Part shown: piece by piece, positions 42,652-52,464 of the stretch
Position numbering within the stretch: position 1 is the stretch's first letter
How the letters are laid out: each line of letters begins with the position of its first letter
From: an uncultured Planctomycetota bacterium
Lineage (GTDB): Bacteria > Planctomycetota > Phycisphaerae > Tepidisphaerales > Tepidisphaeraceae
NCBI GenBank assembly: GCA_963841915.1
Contig: CAWJEN010000006.1
Location: forward strand, 1 to 64,000
Reading direction: 5' to 3'
DNA length: 64,000 nt
Translations under genes and position numbers: made by a program
Notes under the pieces: model-generated
What the model was told of the DNA's origin: nothing
Databases searched by the model: none
Seen by the model: the letters and a program-made list of their open reading frames with translations, nothing else

Positions 42652-44290
42652 ATGAACAAGAACCACCTCCTCGTTGCCGCCGTCGCAGCGGCACTGCCCG
42701 CCTCGCTTGCCACGGCGCAAACGACACCGACCTCCGTCAGCTTTCAGGAAGGTGTCGGCGGCTACAGCGGAACGCTCGACATCACCGTCAGCGAAGACGC
42801 CAACTTCGAACTCAGCGGTGCATTCAACGATTACTACTTCCTTGACGGCAACCCGACGCCCGGCGGCTCGCCTGACACGCAGAAGCTGCTCCGCTTCGAC
42901 GGCCTCATCGGCAGTGGCCCCGGCCAGATCCCGACCGGTTCCTACATCACCAATGCCTCGCTCTCGCTGACCACAGCTCCGGGCAGCTTCAATGAGAACA
43001 GCCAGTCCGGCGGGCCCTTTGGTGTCGCCCAACTCTTGCAACCCTTCGACGGCCTGACTTTCTATAGCGACTACCCCGTCGACAGCGACACCGGCATCGG
43101 TGGCCCGCAGGTGACTAACGGCAGTGTCGGGCGTGCCGTAGGCGCGTTCGGCAACACCGACGGCGATGGCATCGCTCAAGGCGAGAAGGCCTTCGCCAAC
43201 GCCACGCAGATCGTTCAGGCGTGGGCCGACGGACAAGACAACAACGGCTTTGCAGTCCAGACCGGACTTGAACGGCACCGCCAATGGCTGGGCCGTCGCC
43301 ACCAGCAGCAACCCGAACCTCGCCGAGCGACCGCAGCTCAACGTCAGCTACATCTCTGGTGACGACATTCAGCGGACAACCTACCAGCCGGGCCTCGGTG
43401 GTTACGACGCTGTCGACAGCACCGTCATCTTTGAACTGCCCGACGGATCGACCGGCATCATCGATGGCGAAGCAGACCCCTTCGTCTTCCTCGACGGCCC
43501 CAACGACACCAGCGCTGCCGGCAGCGCTGACTCGCAACTCAACATTCGCTTCGGCGACCTCTTCGTCAGCCAAGGCGGTAGCGTTCCGGACAACGCCGAC
43601 ATTATCAGTGCGAAGCTGGTGCTGACGACCACGATCGGCGAAAGCGTCAATGCCGAGAGCGGCGAACCCTTCGACGCCAGTCAGCTCCTCGTCCCGTTCG
43701 ACGACCTGACCGCCTTCGAAGACTTCGGCGGCAACGGTCCGGACGAAGTCGACGGTGAGGTCGGGCCGATTCTCGGCCAGGAGCTCGGTGGCATCCTCGG
43801 GAGCCAGACCTACTTCGACGTCACGCAGGCCATCGAAAACTTCCTCGCCGGCGACGCCAATTTCGGTTTCAACGTCCAGGCCAGCGACATCAACGAAACG
43901 ACGACCAACGACGGCTGGCAGATCTACCTGCCCGGCTTCACCGACGTGTCGTTGCGGCCTCAGCTGTTGATCGACTGGGTGGTCGACCTCGACACCCGTC
44001 TGCCGGGTGACGCCAATGGCGACGGGACCGTCTCCATCCTCGACTTCGCCATCCTGCGGGCGAACTTTGGCAATTCGGACATGGTGACCTTCGAGCTGGG
44101 CGACTTCAACGAGGACGGTGTCGTCAGCATCCTCGACTTCGCCATCCTGCGGGCCAACTTCGGCACGAGTGCCACCTCGGCACAGCTCGCGTCGATCGAC
44201 GCCTGGTACGCCAGCGTCGTCCCAGAGCCGACCTCACTGGCCATCATCGGACTCGGCGGGCTCACGCTGCTGCGTCGCCGACGCGCCTGA
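42652..44290 (+). CDS. PEP-CTERM protein with two DNRLRE/CBM96-like domains and a dockerin-like repeat; frameshift near 43267
   Basis: Signal peptide; SFQEGVGGYSGT.D...LLRFD...NASLSL...VQAWADG..NNGF repeated as YQPGLGGY...IRFGD...SAKLVL...NFGF; GDANGDGTVSILDF duplicated; VPEP...RRRRA. Confidence 0.8.
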
Positions 44291-44315
44291 TCCATTCACC
44301 AACCCTCTCTCCCTC

Positions 44316-44344
44316 GGTCCCGGCACCTTCTGCCGGGGCCGTTT
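44316..44344 (+). terminator. Probable intrinsic terminator
   Basis: GGTCCCGGCA-ccttc-TGCCGGGGCC-GTTT. Confidence 0.55.
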
Positions 44345-44369
44345 AGCATTAAGACGAAGCCAAATCAGA

Positions 44370-45320
44370 ATGAGCCCGATATACCTGTTAATTGCACTTC
44401 TCATCGTTGCCATGACTCCCGCTGCGGCTTGGGCGGAGCCGCTTGTCATCGGCCACCGTGGCGCATCGGGTGAACGACCGGAACATACCGCCGCCGCCTA
44501 TCGGCTCGCCGCCGACCAAGGCGCTCACTTGCTCGAGACCGATCTCGTCATGACCCGCGACGGCGTCTTGATCTGTCGTCACGAGCCGGCGCTAGCGATC
44601 GTTGACGAGGCGACGGGCAAGCTGAAGTACCGCACGACCGACGTTGCAGATCGTCCCGAGTTTGCTGATCGGCTTCGCACGGCTGAAATCGACGGCAAGT
44701 TGATGACCGGATGGTTCGCTCAGGATTTCACGGCGGAAGAATTGCAGTCGCTACGGGCTGTCGAGCCCTTGCCCGACCTTCGCGCTGCGAGCGCTGCCTA
44801 CGACGGCAGGTACGCCCTCGTCACGCTGAGCGAGTTCCTGGAGCTTGCAGAGGACGTCGGGGTCGGCGTATTGATCGAACTCAAGCACCCTCTGTACTTC
44901 CGCGAGATCGGCCTGCCGATGGAGGAGGCGGTTGTTGAAGCGCTAGAAAACTTCGAAGGCGAGGCGATTCTGCAGTCGTTCGACGCCAGCTCACTGAGGC
45001 GACTCGACGCATTGACGACGTTGCCGCTCGTGTTGCTCACGTCGAACGAGCGGCACGTGACGCCCGCCGCGTTGGCCGACGCCAGCGCCTACGCGGACGG
45101 CGTGGGCGTGCACAAGAAGCTCGCGAGCAGGACGCTCATCGAGAACGCCCGCCTGCATGGGCTGGGCGTGTACGTCTGGACGCTGCGGGCAGAGCAGACA
45201 TACTTGCCCGCAGGACTTCCCGACATCGAGACCGAAGCCAAACGGCTAGTGGCAATGGGCGTCGACGGGCTGATCACCGATCATCCCGCTCGAGTCGTTG
45301 CGGGCATCGCGAGCCAATAG
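44370..45320 (+). CDS. Secreted glycerophosphodiester phosphodiesterase (GlpQ-like)
   Basis: Signal peptide, IGHRGASGERPEHT, ETDLVMTRDG...RHE, IELKHP, LQSFD, VWT, GVDGLITDHP. Confidence 0.92.
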   Translation: MSPIYLLIALLIVAMTPAAAWAEPLVIGHRGASGERPEHTAAAYRLAADQGAHLLETDLVMTRDGVLICRHEPALAIVDEATGKLKYRTTDVADRPEFADRLRTAEIDGKLMTGWFAQDFTAEELQSLRAVEPLPDLRAASAAYDGRYALVTLSEFLELAEDVGVGVLIELKHPLYFREIGLPMEEAVVEALENFEGEAILQSFDASSLRRLDALTTLPLVLLTSNERHVTPAALADASAYADGVGVHKKLASRTLIENARLHGLGVYVWTLRAEQTYLPAGLPDIETEAKRLVAMGVDGLITDHPARVVAGIASQ

Positions 45321-45373
45321 CTCCACGCACTCGAAGCAACGGCACCACCAAATCTGCTTCAAGGTCCGATGCT

Positions 45374-46318
45374 TCAAGCCTGACTGACTCGACTTTGCTT
45401 CGCCCGCCATTGGCTGATCGGACCGCTGACGAGGAACCCGAGGCCGACGATTGCGAGCACGAATTCGTGGGCGACGACGAGGGCCAAGGCAATGGCGATG
45501 GCAACGACCAGGCGGCTGATGCGTTTGTTGCCGCGGCCGTAGCGGTTGACAAGGTGCGGGTAGCGAATGCCGCTGACCATTAAAAGCGCCGACACACCGA
45601 GGATGACGGGAATCAGCAGCGTCGCTGCGAAGTAGAGCCAGGCCAACACCTCGCGGTAGGTGCCCGGATTGGCGGCGGCGGCGGCGTGGGAGAAGGTCTG
45701 TTGCACGAGCACAAGTGACAACACCGCACCGGCAGCGCCAGGGCTGGGCATGCCGAGGAACGACTGATGATTTTCCTCGCCGTGTTCGTTGCTGACGTTG
45801 AAGCGTGCCAGGCGGATAAGCGTGCAGGCGACATACAGGCCGCCGATGCCCCAGATGAAGCGATCGACGTAATCGGGAACGTCCACGCCGTCGAACTTGA
45901 AGACGTGCAGCGCGATGAACGCCGGTGCGGCACCAAAGCTGATGGCGTCGGCGAGGCTGTCGAGTTGGCCACCGAAGTCGGTGGTGTGCCGGGCGAAGCG
46001 GGCGAGGCGGCCGTCGACGGCATCGAGGATCATCGACACGGCGATAAGGTAAACGGCTGCGACGTACCGATAGTCGACCCGATCGGCGGCGAGCAGGCCG
46101 GCGCCGAAGGCGTCGCGATCGAGCGTCGCGACGTAGATCGCGGCGAACCCGCACAAGGCATTACCAAGCGTGGCCAACGACGGTAGAAATTGAACGCTGC
46201 GCACGTACGCCCGGCGGCCGCCCCGCCTCATGCGACGTCGGCGGAGCTCGCGAATCCGCCGACGGCGACGCAGGTCGCTGGGCAAGTCGATCGAGTTGGT
46301 CCCGTTGCTGCTCGGCAC
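45374..46318 (-). CDS. pssA: CDP-diacylglycerol--serine O-phosphatidyltransferase
   Basis: LPSLATLGNALCGF, DAVDGRLAR...FGGQLDSLADAISFG, RLARFNV, FLGMPSP; downstream of psd. Confidence 0.88.
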   Translation of the reverse strand: MPSSNGTNSIDLPSDLRRRRRIRELRRRRMRRGGRRAYVRSVQFLPSLATLGNALCGFAAIYVATLDRDAFGAGLLAADRVDYRYVAAVYLIAVSMILDAVDGRLARFARHTTDFGGQLDSLADAISFGAAPAFIALHVFKFDGVDVPDYVDRFIWGIGGLYVACTLIRLARFNVSNEHGEENHQSFLGMPSPGAAGAVLSLVLVQQTFSHAAAAANPGTYREVLAWLYFAATLLIPVILGVSALLMVSGIRYPHLVNRYGRGNKRISRLVVAIAIALALVVAHEFVLAIVGLGFLVSGPISQWRAKQSRVSQA

Positions 46319-46371
46319 GATGGAACGTTAGCGGCTTGTCGCGCAGGAGAGCCGGGATCTATGAGTCACCG

Positions 46372-46415
46372 GGACAGCTTGCCCGCCGCAAACGGCGGCT
46401 CACGTCGTGGCGTCG
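46372..46415. repeat. Degenerate single REP of the GGTGCCACGG family
   Basis: CAGCTTGCCCGCCGCAAACGGCGGCTCAcgtCGTGGC resembles the right arm at 30160-30200 and 47263-47307. Confidence 0.6.
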
Positions 46416-46424
46416 CTTCGTCCT

Positions 46425-47162
46425 TCAGTTCGGCGTCGCAGGGATGAGCGGCTGCGTCTCGGTGTCGTCGACGACGACCTCGCCCAACGACTCCACAACG
46501 GCCAGCACGTCTGCACCGCCGCGGACCTTTTGGCCCGGCTCGACCTTGATCTGCGGGTTGAGCCGCTTGGGAATGGTCAGTTCCGTCCGGCTGCCGAACT
46601 TGATCATGCCGATCCGCTCGCCACGCTCGACCGCGTCGCCGACGTGCTTGGTGCTGACGATGCGACGGGCGATGAGGCCAACGATCTGCTTGATCACGGC
46701 AACGGCGCGGCCCTGCTCGTCTTCGATGACGATGGTGTTGCTCTCGTTGTGCTCGCTGGCCTGATCGTGGTCGAGGGCGTTGATGAACTTGCCCTTCTTG
46801 TAATGGACGCTTCGCACGAAGCCGTCGCACGGGCTGCGGTTGACGTGGACGTTGAAGACGCTCAAAAAGATGCCGATACGCACCGCCGACTCACCGGTGA
46901 CGGGATCAGGGTCGAGCTCGGTGACGTCGCTGACTTTGCCGTCGGCCGGTGAGACGTAGGCGACCGTGTTGGGCCCCCCACTCTCGCTCTGTGGAATCGG
47001 CCGCTCGGGATCGCGAAAGAAGGCGAACAGCCAGATCAGCACCGGCAGACAGATCACGATGGCCAGCCACCACGCGATGCCAACGCCGAGCGCCGCCGCG
47101 AGGCCGACCAGCACGACGGTGCCGATGAGCAGTTCCCAGAATCCGTGTCGAGTCAGTGGCAC
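46425..47162 (-). CDS. psd: Phosphatidylserine decarboxylase proenzyme
   Basis: FFRDPER, SPADGKV, IFLSVFNVHVNRSP, GLIARRI, GMIKFGSR (pyruvoyl cleavage site); start at GTG 47162. Confidence 0.93.
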   Translation of the reverse strand: MPLTRHGFWELLIGTVVLVGLAAALGVGIAWWLAIVICLPVLIWLFAFFRDPERPIPQSESGGPNTVAYVSPADGKVSDVTELDPDPVTGESAVRIGIFLSVFNVHVNRSPCDGFVRSVHYKKGKFINALDHDQASEHNESNTIVIEDEQGRAVAVIKQIVGLIARRIVSTKHVGDAVERGERIGMIKFGSRTELTIPKRLNPQIKVEPGQKVRGGADVLAVVESLGEVVVDDTETQPLIPATPN

Positions 47163-47201
47163 GGGGCAGTCTACGGGTGTGGCTCGCGGAGCCGCCCATC
47201 T

Positions 47202-47307
47202 GGTGCCACGGTTTGAGGCACAATCTGATGGGGCAAATCGTGGCACCAGATCGGGACGCGCCCGACACAGCTTGCCCGCCGCAGACGGCGGCTCAAGCCG
47301 TGGCACC
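47202..47307. repeat. GGTGCCACGG-family REP doublet related to the 187-bp unit
   Basis: GGTGCCACGGTTTGAGG...GGGCAAATCGTGGCACC ... CGACACAGCTTGCCCGCCGCAGACGGCGGCTCAAGCCGTGGCACC. Confidence 0.88.
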
Positions 47308-47331
47308 AGACGTCGTACCTTCCTCAACACG

Positions 47332-47359
47332 TTGACGCCGCCGAGCGGCTGCCTACCGT
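47332..47359 (+). promoter_or_regulatory. Possible sigma70 promoter of tRNA-Leu
   Basis: TTGACG-N16-TACCGT about 33 bp upstream of the tRNA. Confidence 0.45.
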
Positions 47360-47392
47360 GTCGGCCCGTCGCCATCCGCGGCGGACTCCGTC

Positions 47393-47474
47393 GCCCACAT
47401 GGCGGAATTGGCAGACGCGCTGTCTTCAGGTGGCAGTGTCTTCGGACGTGCAGGTTCGAGTCCTGCTGTGGGCA
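47393..47474 (+). tRNA. tRNA-Leu(CAG)
   Basis: Acceptor GCCCACA/TGTGGGC, D-loop GGAATTGGCAGAC, anticodon arm CTGTC-TTCAGGT-GGCAG, long variable arm, GGTTCGAGTCC; CCA not encoded. Confidence 0.96.
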
Positions 47475-47481
47475 TGAACGT

Positions 47482-47518
47482 AAGAAAGCCCGAGGCCTTG
47501 GCCTCGGGCTTCTTCTTT
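47482..47518. terminator. Bidirectional intrinsic terminator
   Basis: AAGAAAGCCCGAGGCC-tt-GGCCTCGGGCTTCTTCTTT. Confidence 0.85.
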
Positions 47519-47542
47519 GCAATCGATGTGATCCCGATCGCC

Positions 47543-49438
47543 CTACGGCTGGGGCTGGAACTCGGGCGGCAGGTCGCCACCATCAGGTCCCGGCATGCCG
47601 GGGCTCTCTTCGCCCTCGTCGCCTTCCATGCCGTCGTCGTCGCCGTCTTCGCTCTCGTCACCTTCAGCGGCGTCGCCGCCTTCCTGCTCGGACTCTTCCT
47701 TAGTTGCCTCGAGCTCATCAGCCTCGCCGGCGAAGATCAGCACGAGCAGCGTCATTGGCTTCGTGTCCGCCGCAAGCGTGACGGGGTCGAACGTCGTGTC
47801 GTCGGGTGAGGCGTACTCAAGATCGGGTGCACCTTCGACGTCCTTCAGGAAGTCGCGGATCTGACGCGGCCCGATGGCCATGACAATGATCGAGTCGATG
47901 ACCTTGCGGTACGCGCTCAGAATGCCAATGACATGGCCGTCCTTATCAACCACCGGGCCACCCGAGTTGCCCTGCGTGCCCTTGATATCCATGTAGATGT
48001 CGAACGCCTCTTCGCCGGCCGGGTCGGTCGTCGTGACAGCGCCACGCGAGACCTGGAGGTTGAAGCCGTCCATCAGCGTCGTCGGGTAGCCCAGCGTCAG
48101 GATGTCGCTCTGGATCGGCGGGTAGTCGTCGGCGATGACTTGCAGGTACGGCACGGTCTCGCCTTCAGGCAGCTCGATCTTGAGCAGCGCGATGTCATAC
48201 GCATCGTCGGAGGCGATGAAGCGGGCCGGGTACTCGATGAAGGTGCCGTCTTCGTTCTTACCTGCCAGGCGGACGCGGTAGTAGAAGCCGTCGTCGGTTT
48301 CGGCAACGTGCTTGTTCGTCAGCAGGTAACCGTCAGCGGTGACGAAGAAGCCACTGCCGTTGCCTCGAAGTCCGGGCGGGCCGTTGTCGGGGTCGTCGGG
48401 ATTCGTCTGGTCGGTGCCGTGGGCGAAGTCTTCGATCCAGGTCAGTTGACCGGCCGAATACTCTTCGCGAAGCAGCTCGCCTGTGAGCGACATTTCGCGG
48501 ATCCGCGGGTTAGCCCGCTTGAAGTTCTCGGGAATGCCGTCGATGGCCGCCAGGAAGTTACCGACCGTGAGTTCCGTCGGAGCAATTTCTACGGCATCAA
48601 GCATATACTCGAGGCCCTCTTCATACTTGTCACGAACGAACAGGCACGCTCCCATGCTGCTCAGCACGGCCGGCAGACGCGGCTGCAGGCGAAGGGCCTG
48701 ACGGGCGTGCCCCTCGGCCTCGGCGAGCTTGATGTTGCCGCCCTCGACGCCGTTGCCTTGGTGGAACTTCACGTACGCCAGCCGGTAGTGCGGCCGGAAC
48801 GCGTTGGGGTAGATCGCCAGCGCCTGACCATACTTCCGCATGGCATCGGTCGGGTTGATCCGTTCGATGCCGATGGCCTCGTCGACGAGCTCATTGGCCT
48901 TGTTCTTGATCTCGCGCAGCTCGTCGCCACCGACCCACGAACCGCGGATCCGCTCAGCGTCGCTCTGGTACCGTTCCCGCCACGTCTGCAGCTCCAGCAG
49001 GCCCAGGTCACGCTCGGACTGCGTGAGATCCGTTCGGCCGAGGTACCGCTCCCACAAGTCGACAGCCGTCACCGGCTCGGTCACGCGGTCGGCCCGCTCC
49101 TTGCAGATCTTCCAGTCGCGACGCAACGCGCCGGCAGCGCCTTCGACCGGCTTCCCGTCGGCATCGACGGCCGGCCCTTCGGTCTCGTAGGGCATGCCGT
49201 CGACCGTCTTGATCTTGTCCTTACCGACCAGCATCGATCGACCATCGTCGGTTTTGATGCGGACGGTTCGGCTGCTGAGCGGATGGATGGTGCCCGTGAC
49301 GAGCGTGCCGTCCTGAAGCTCGATCATGACGGGCGCGTCGTCATCGGCCGCCAAAGCGGTCGAGACGGGCAACGCCAAGGCGAGCAGGAGCAACAAGAGT
49401 GCGGACAAAACCGCGACCGGTCGAAAGTAGTGACGCAT
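47543..49438 (-). CDS. Secreted trypsin-like (S1C) serine protease with TPR-like region
   Basis: Signal peptide; GSGFFV..DGYLLTNKHV, DIALLK, GNSGGP catalytic triad; acidic tail. Confidence 0.88.
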   Translation of the reverse strand: MRHYFRPVAVLSALLLLLLALALPVSTALAADDDAPVMIELQDGTLVTGTIHPLSSRTVRIKTDDGRSMLVGKDKIKTVDGMPYETEGPAVDADGKPVEGAAGALRRDWKICKERADRVTEPVTAVDLWERYLGRTDLTQSERDLGLLELQTWRERYQSDAERIRGSWVGGDELREIKNKANELVDEAIGIERINPTDAMRKYGQALAIYPNAFRPHYRLAYVKFHQGNGVEGGNIKLAEAEGHARQALRLQPRLPAVLSSMGACLFVRDKYEEGLEYMLDAVEIAPTELTVGNFLAAIDGIPENFKRANPRIREMSLTGELLREEYSAGQLTWIEDFAHGTDQTNPDDPDNGPPGLRGNGSGFFVTADGYLLTNKHVAETDDGFYYRVRLAGKNEDGTFIEYPARFIASDDAYDIALLKIELPEGETVPYLQVIADDYPPIQSDILTLGYPTTLMDGFNLQVSRGAVTTTDPAGEEAFDIYMDIKGTQGNSGGPVVDKDGHVIGILSAYRKVIDSIIVMAIGPRQIRDFLKDVEGAPDLEYASPDDTTFDPVTLAADTKPMTLLVLIFAGEADELEATKEESEQEGGDAAEGDESEDGDDDGMEGDEGEESPGMPGPDGGDLPPEFQPQP

Positions 49439-49685
49439 AAGGAGTTCCGGGTGCGTGCGAGGCGGGTCGGAAATGTCAGTGTCCCCGCCCGGCGGTGACA
49501 GCTTAATAAAGTCGAAGCCGGTCGTCTAGCGAACTCGATGTAACGCAAATAGACCGCCTGCTTCTGCCCGTGCTGTCTTGCCGGGCGACCAAGCGACGCC
49601 TACCGTGGCCGTCCCACCGCCCGGCAATTGTTGCCGGTCGGACCCACTTTGCCACGCGCGATCCTCACACAAGAGCCGCCGACCG

Positions 49686-50057
49686 ATGCCGACGATCAAC
49701 CAGCTGATTAAAAAGCCCCGCAAGCCGCTTGCGGCCATCAACAAGGTCAAGGACCTTGAGCAGTCCCCGCAGAAGCGCGGCGTTTGCGTCCAGGTCAAGA
49801 CCCTGACGCCTAAGAAGCCAAACTCGGCGCTTCGCAAGATCGCCCGCGTTCGTCTCAGCAACGGCAAAGAAGTCACCGCCTACATCCCGGGCGAAGGCCA
49901 CAACCTCCAGGAGCACAGCATCGTGCTCGTCCGCGGTGGACGCGTCCGTGACCTGCCGGGTGTTCGTTACCACATCGTCCGTGGCGCACTCGACACCCTC
50001 GGCGTCAACGATCGTAAGCAGAGCCGTAGCAAGTACGGCACGAAGAAGGGCAAGTAA
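49686..50057 (+). CDS. rpsL: 30S ribosomal protein S12
   Basis: [41 protein letters not shown]. Confidence 0.99.
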   Translation: MPTINQLIKKPRKPLAAINKVKDLEQSPQKRGVCVQVKTLTPKKPNSALRKIARVRLSNGKEVTAYIPGEGHNLQEHSIVLVRGGRVRDLPGVRYHIVRGALDTLGVNDRKQSRSKYGTKKGK

Positions 50058-50102
50058 GCCTTAGTCCCTTAGTTTCAGCACCAACGACCCACAGAATAAG
50101 AC

Positions 50103-50579
50103 ATGGCTTACAAGAAGTTCACTGCAAGCGTCGCCCAGCTCAAGCCCGACCCACGGTTCAACAACCTGCTCGTCAGCAAGTTCATCAACTGCCTGATGCT
50201 CAGCGGTAAGAAGCTCACCGCCCAGAAGGTCTTTTACGACGCGATGGACATCGTGCAGACGAAGATCGCCGACACCCCGCCCGTCGAGGTGTTCGAGCAG
50301 GCGATCAACAACGTCAAGCCCTACGTCGAGGTCCGCTCCAAGCGGGTCGGCGGTGCCAACTACCAGGTGCCGATGCAGGTCAACAAGAAGCGTCAGCAGT
50401 CATTGGCCATCCGCTGGATGCTCGACGCCTGCCGCGCCGAGAGTGGCCGCCCGATGAGCAAGATCCTCGCCGACGAAATCGCCGGCGCCTTCAACAAGGA
50501 TGGCAAAGCCATGAATAAGCGTGAAACCACGCACCGCATGGCCGAGGCCAACAAGGCGTTCGCGCACTTTGCCTTCTGA
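50103..50579 (+). CDS. rpsG: 30S ribosomal protein S7
   Basis: PDPRF...[37 protein letters not shown]. Confidence 0.99.
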   Translation: MAYKKFTASVAQLKPDPRFNNLLVSKFINCLMLSGKKLTAQKVFYDAMDIVQTKIADTPPVEVFEQAINNVKPYVEVRSKRVGGANYQVPMQVNKKRQQSLAIRWMLDACRAESGRPMSKILADEIAGAFNKDGKAMNKRETTHRMAEANKAFAHFAF

Positions 50580-50594
50580 TCACTCATCGGAAAC

Positions 50595-50732
50595 GCGAAG
50601 AAGCGAAGCCGGAGCGAAGGCTGATATCAGAGGGTGGTCGCTGTCAGAAAGCGATCACCCTCTTCTCGTTTCTCTTTCAGGCTTCTCCCACACCGCTCCG
50701 ACTTCGCTTCTTCGCTTCTTCACTTCTTCGCG
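50595..50732. terminator. Terminator hairpin nested within a longer inverted repeat made of GCGAAGAA units
   Basis: Inner GAGGGTGGTCGCT/AGCGATCACCCTC plus T-rich tail (50630-50678); outer 22-bp arms 50595-50616 and 50694-50715 with 1 mismatch. Confidence 0.75.
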
Positions 50733-50763
50733 ATTCTGACCAGGATTATTCTAAACTTTCCGC

Positions 50764-52035
50764 ATGAGCGACCTCAACCACTACGCTGCTGAACTTGCCC
50801 GTGGTGCCCGTGAGGCGTCGCTGGTCCTCATGAAAATGAGCGGCGAGAAGCGGTCTGCCGCCATTCGGCTCGCGGCCGACCTCATCGACGAGCGCGTCGA
50901 CGCTATCGTCACCGCCAACGCCAAGGACCTCGACGCCGCAGCCGATCTGCCTGCTGCAACCGTCGGCCGGCTCAAGCTCGACAAGGCCAAGATCGCCAAG
51001 ATCGCCGTCGCCCTCCGCGAGATTGCCGCCCAGCCCGACCCGCTCGGCCGCGTCCTGCACGGCGAGGTCAGGCCCAATGGCCTGCGGCTCGAGAAGCGAA
51101 CCGTCCCGCTCGGCGTGGTGCTGTTCATCTACGAGAGCCGCCCGAACGTCACCGCCGACGCTGCCGCCCTGTGCCTCAAGAGCGGCAATGCCGTCATCCT
51201 GAGGGGCGGCAAAGAGGCGGCCAACTCTGCACGTGCCTTGTACGGGTGCATGAGCGACGGCCTGGCCGGCTTCGGCTTACCGACCGCCGCAGTGCAGCTC
51301 GTCGACCGCCCCGACCGCGAGCTCGTGCCGATGCTTTTGGAGCACGGCGACTTGATCGATGTCGCCATCCCACGTGGCGGCAAAGGCCTCATCAAAGCCG
51401 TCACACAGGCGGCAACGATGCCCGTCCTCAAGCACCTCGACGGCAACTGTCACCTGTACGTCCACGCAGACGTCGCCTCGTGGGACGACGGCGTCAAAGC
51501 AGTCGCCGACATGCTCGTCAACGCCAAGACGAGTTACCCCGGCGGGGGCGTGTGCAACGCGGTCGAGCATGTCCTGTTCCACCGCGACGCGACGGGCCTG
51601 CTGCCTGCCGCGTGCGATGCCCTCGCCGCGGCAGGCGTCGACGTGCGGGGTGACGAAGCGGTGCAACAAGCATGGCCGAAGACCAAAGCCGTCGAAGCGG
51701 CCGAGTGGGATGAGGAGTATCTGGATCTCATTCTCTCGATCAAGGTGGTTGATGATCTCGATGAAGCAGTCGCACATATCAATCGGCACGGCAGCCGACA
51801 CACGGACGGTATCCTGACCCGTGACACCCAAGCTGCAGAGGCATTTGTCGCTTCGGTCGACTCGGCCAGCGTGACCGTCAACGCCTCGACCCGGTTCGCC
51901 GACGGGGGCGAGTATGGACTAGGTGCCGAGATAGGCATCAGTACCGACAAGCTCCACGCCCGCGGCCCGATGGGGGCGGCCGACCTGTGCAGCTACAAGT
52001 GGATCGTCACGGGCGATGGCCATCTTCGCCCGTAA
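50764..52035 (+). CDS. proA: Gamma-glutamyl phosphate reductase
   Basis: VPLGVV.FIYESRPNVT, KSGNAVILRGGKEA, IPRGGKGLI, VCNAVE, NASTRFADG, GAEIGISTDKLHARGPMG. Confidence 0.97.
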   Translation: MSDLNHYAAELARGAREASLVLMKMSGEKRSAAIRLAADLIDERVDAIVTANAKDLDAAADLPAATVGRLKLDKAKIAKIAVALREIAAQPDPLGRVLHGEVRPNGLRLEKRTVPLGVVLFIYESRPNVTADAAALCLKSGNAVILRGGKEAANSARALYGCMSDGLAGFGLPTAAVQLVDRPDRELVPMLLEHGDLIDVAIPRGGKGLIKAVTQAATMPVLKHLDGNCHLYVHADVASWDDGVKAVADMLVNAKTSYPGGGVCNAVEHVLFHRDATGLLPAACDALAAAGVDVRGDEAVQQAWPKTKAVEAAEWDEEYLDLILSIKVVDDLDEAVAHINRHGSRHTDGILTRDTQAAEAFVASVDSASVTVNASTRFADGGEYGLGAEIGISTDKLHARGPMGAADLCSYKWIVTGDGHLRP

Positions 52036-52464
52036 GAGGCGCATGCTGTTCAGATTTCTTTCGCGACCTGTACCGCATTGCACGATCGTTCATCTGCACG
52101 ACAGCGATCGCGAAACGCAACCGGCCCCGCAGAGCAATGCTCTAGCGAGGCCGGGTGGAGGAGGAATCGAATCTGTCTGCAGCCCATCTTGGCAAGTGGC
52201 GGACCACACCTGACAATTCCATCGAATTGCTAAGCAATCTTGTCGTATCCTCTTGATCTGTAACGTCTTGCACGTGACGCCGCGACGTTGGAGGGTTTAG
52301 CCCGCAGCTTGCATGCTGACGTTGCCGATGCATTGTTCTTGTGCACTTGGCGAGCTTGTGCACGTCGGCTGCGCATTGGTCGACGCGGGTGGTCGTGGAG
52401 ATGAACCTGCACACTTGGCCCCGGCGTAGTAAGCTCGCCCCACCGGCGGCTGCCGGTCCTCTTC

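Noticed and set aside
47393..47474. tRNA as island integration site (also tRNA-Gln 63562-63632)
   Set aside because: No duplicated tRNA 3' end or adjacent integrase seen in the window
47163..47522. N-terminal extension of psd
   Set aside because: Runs antisense through tRNA-Leu and a REP doublet
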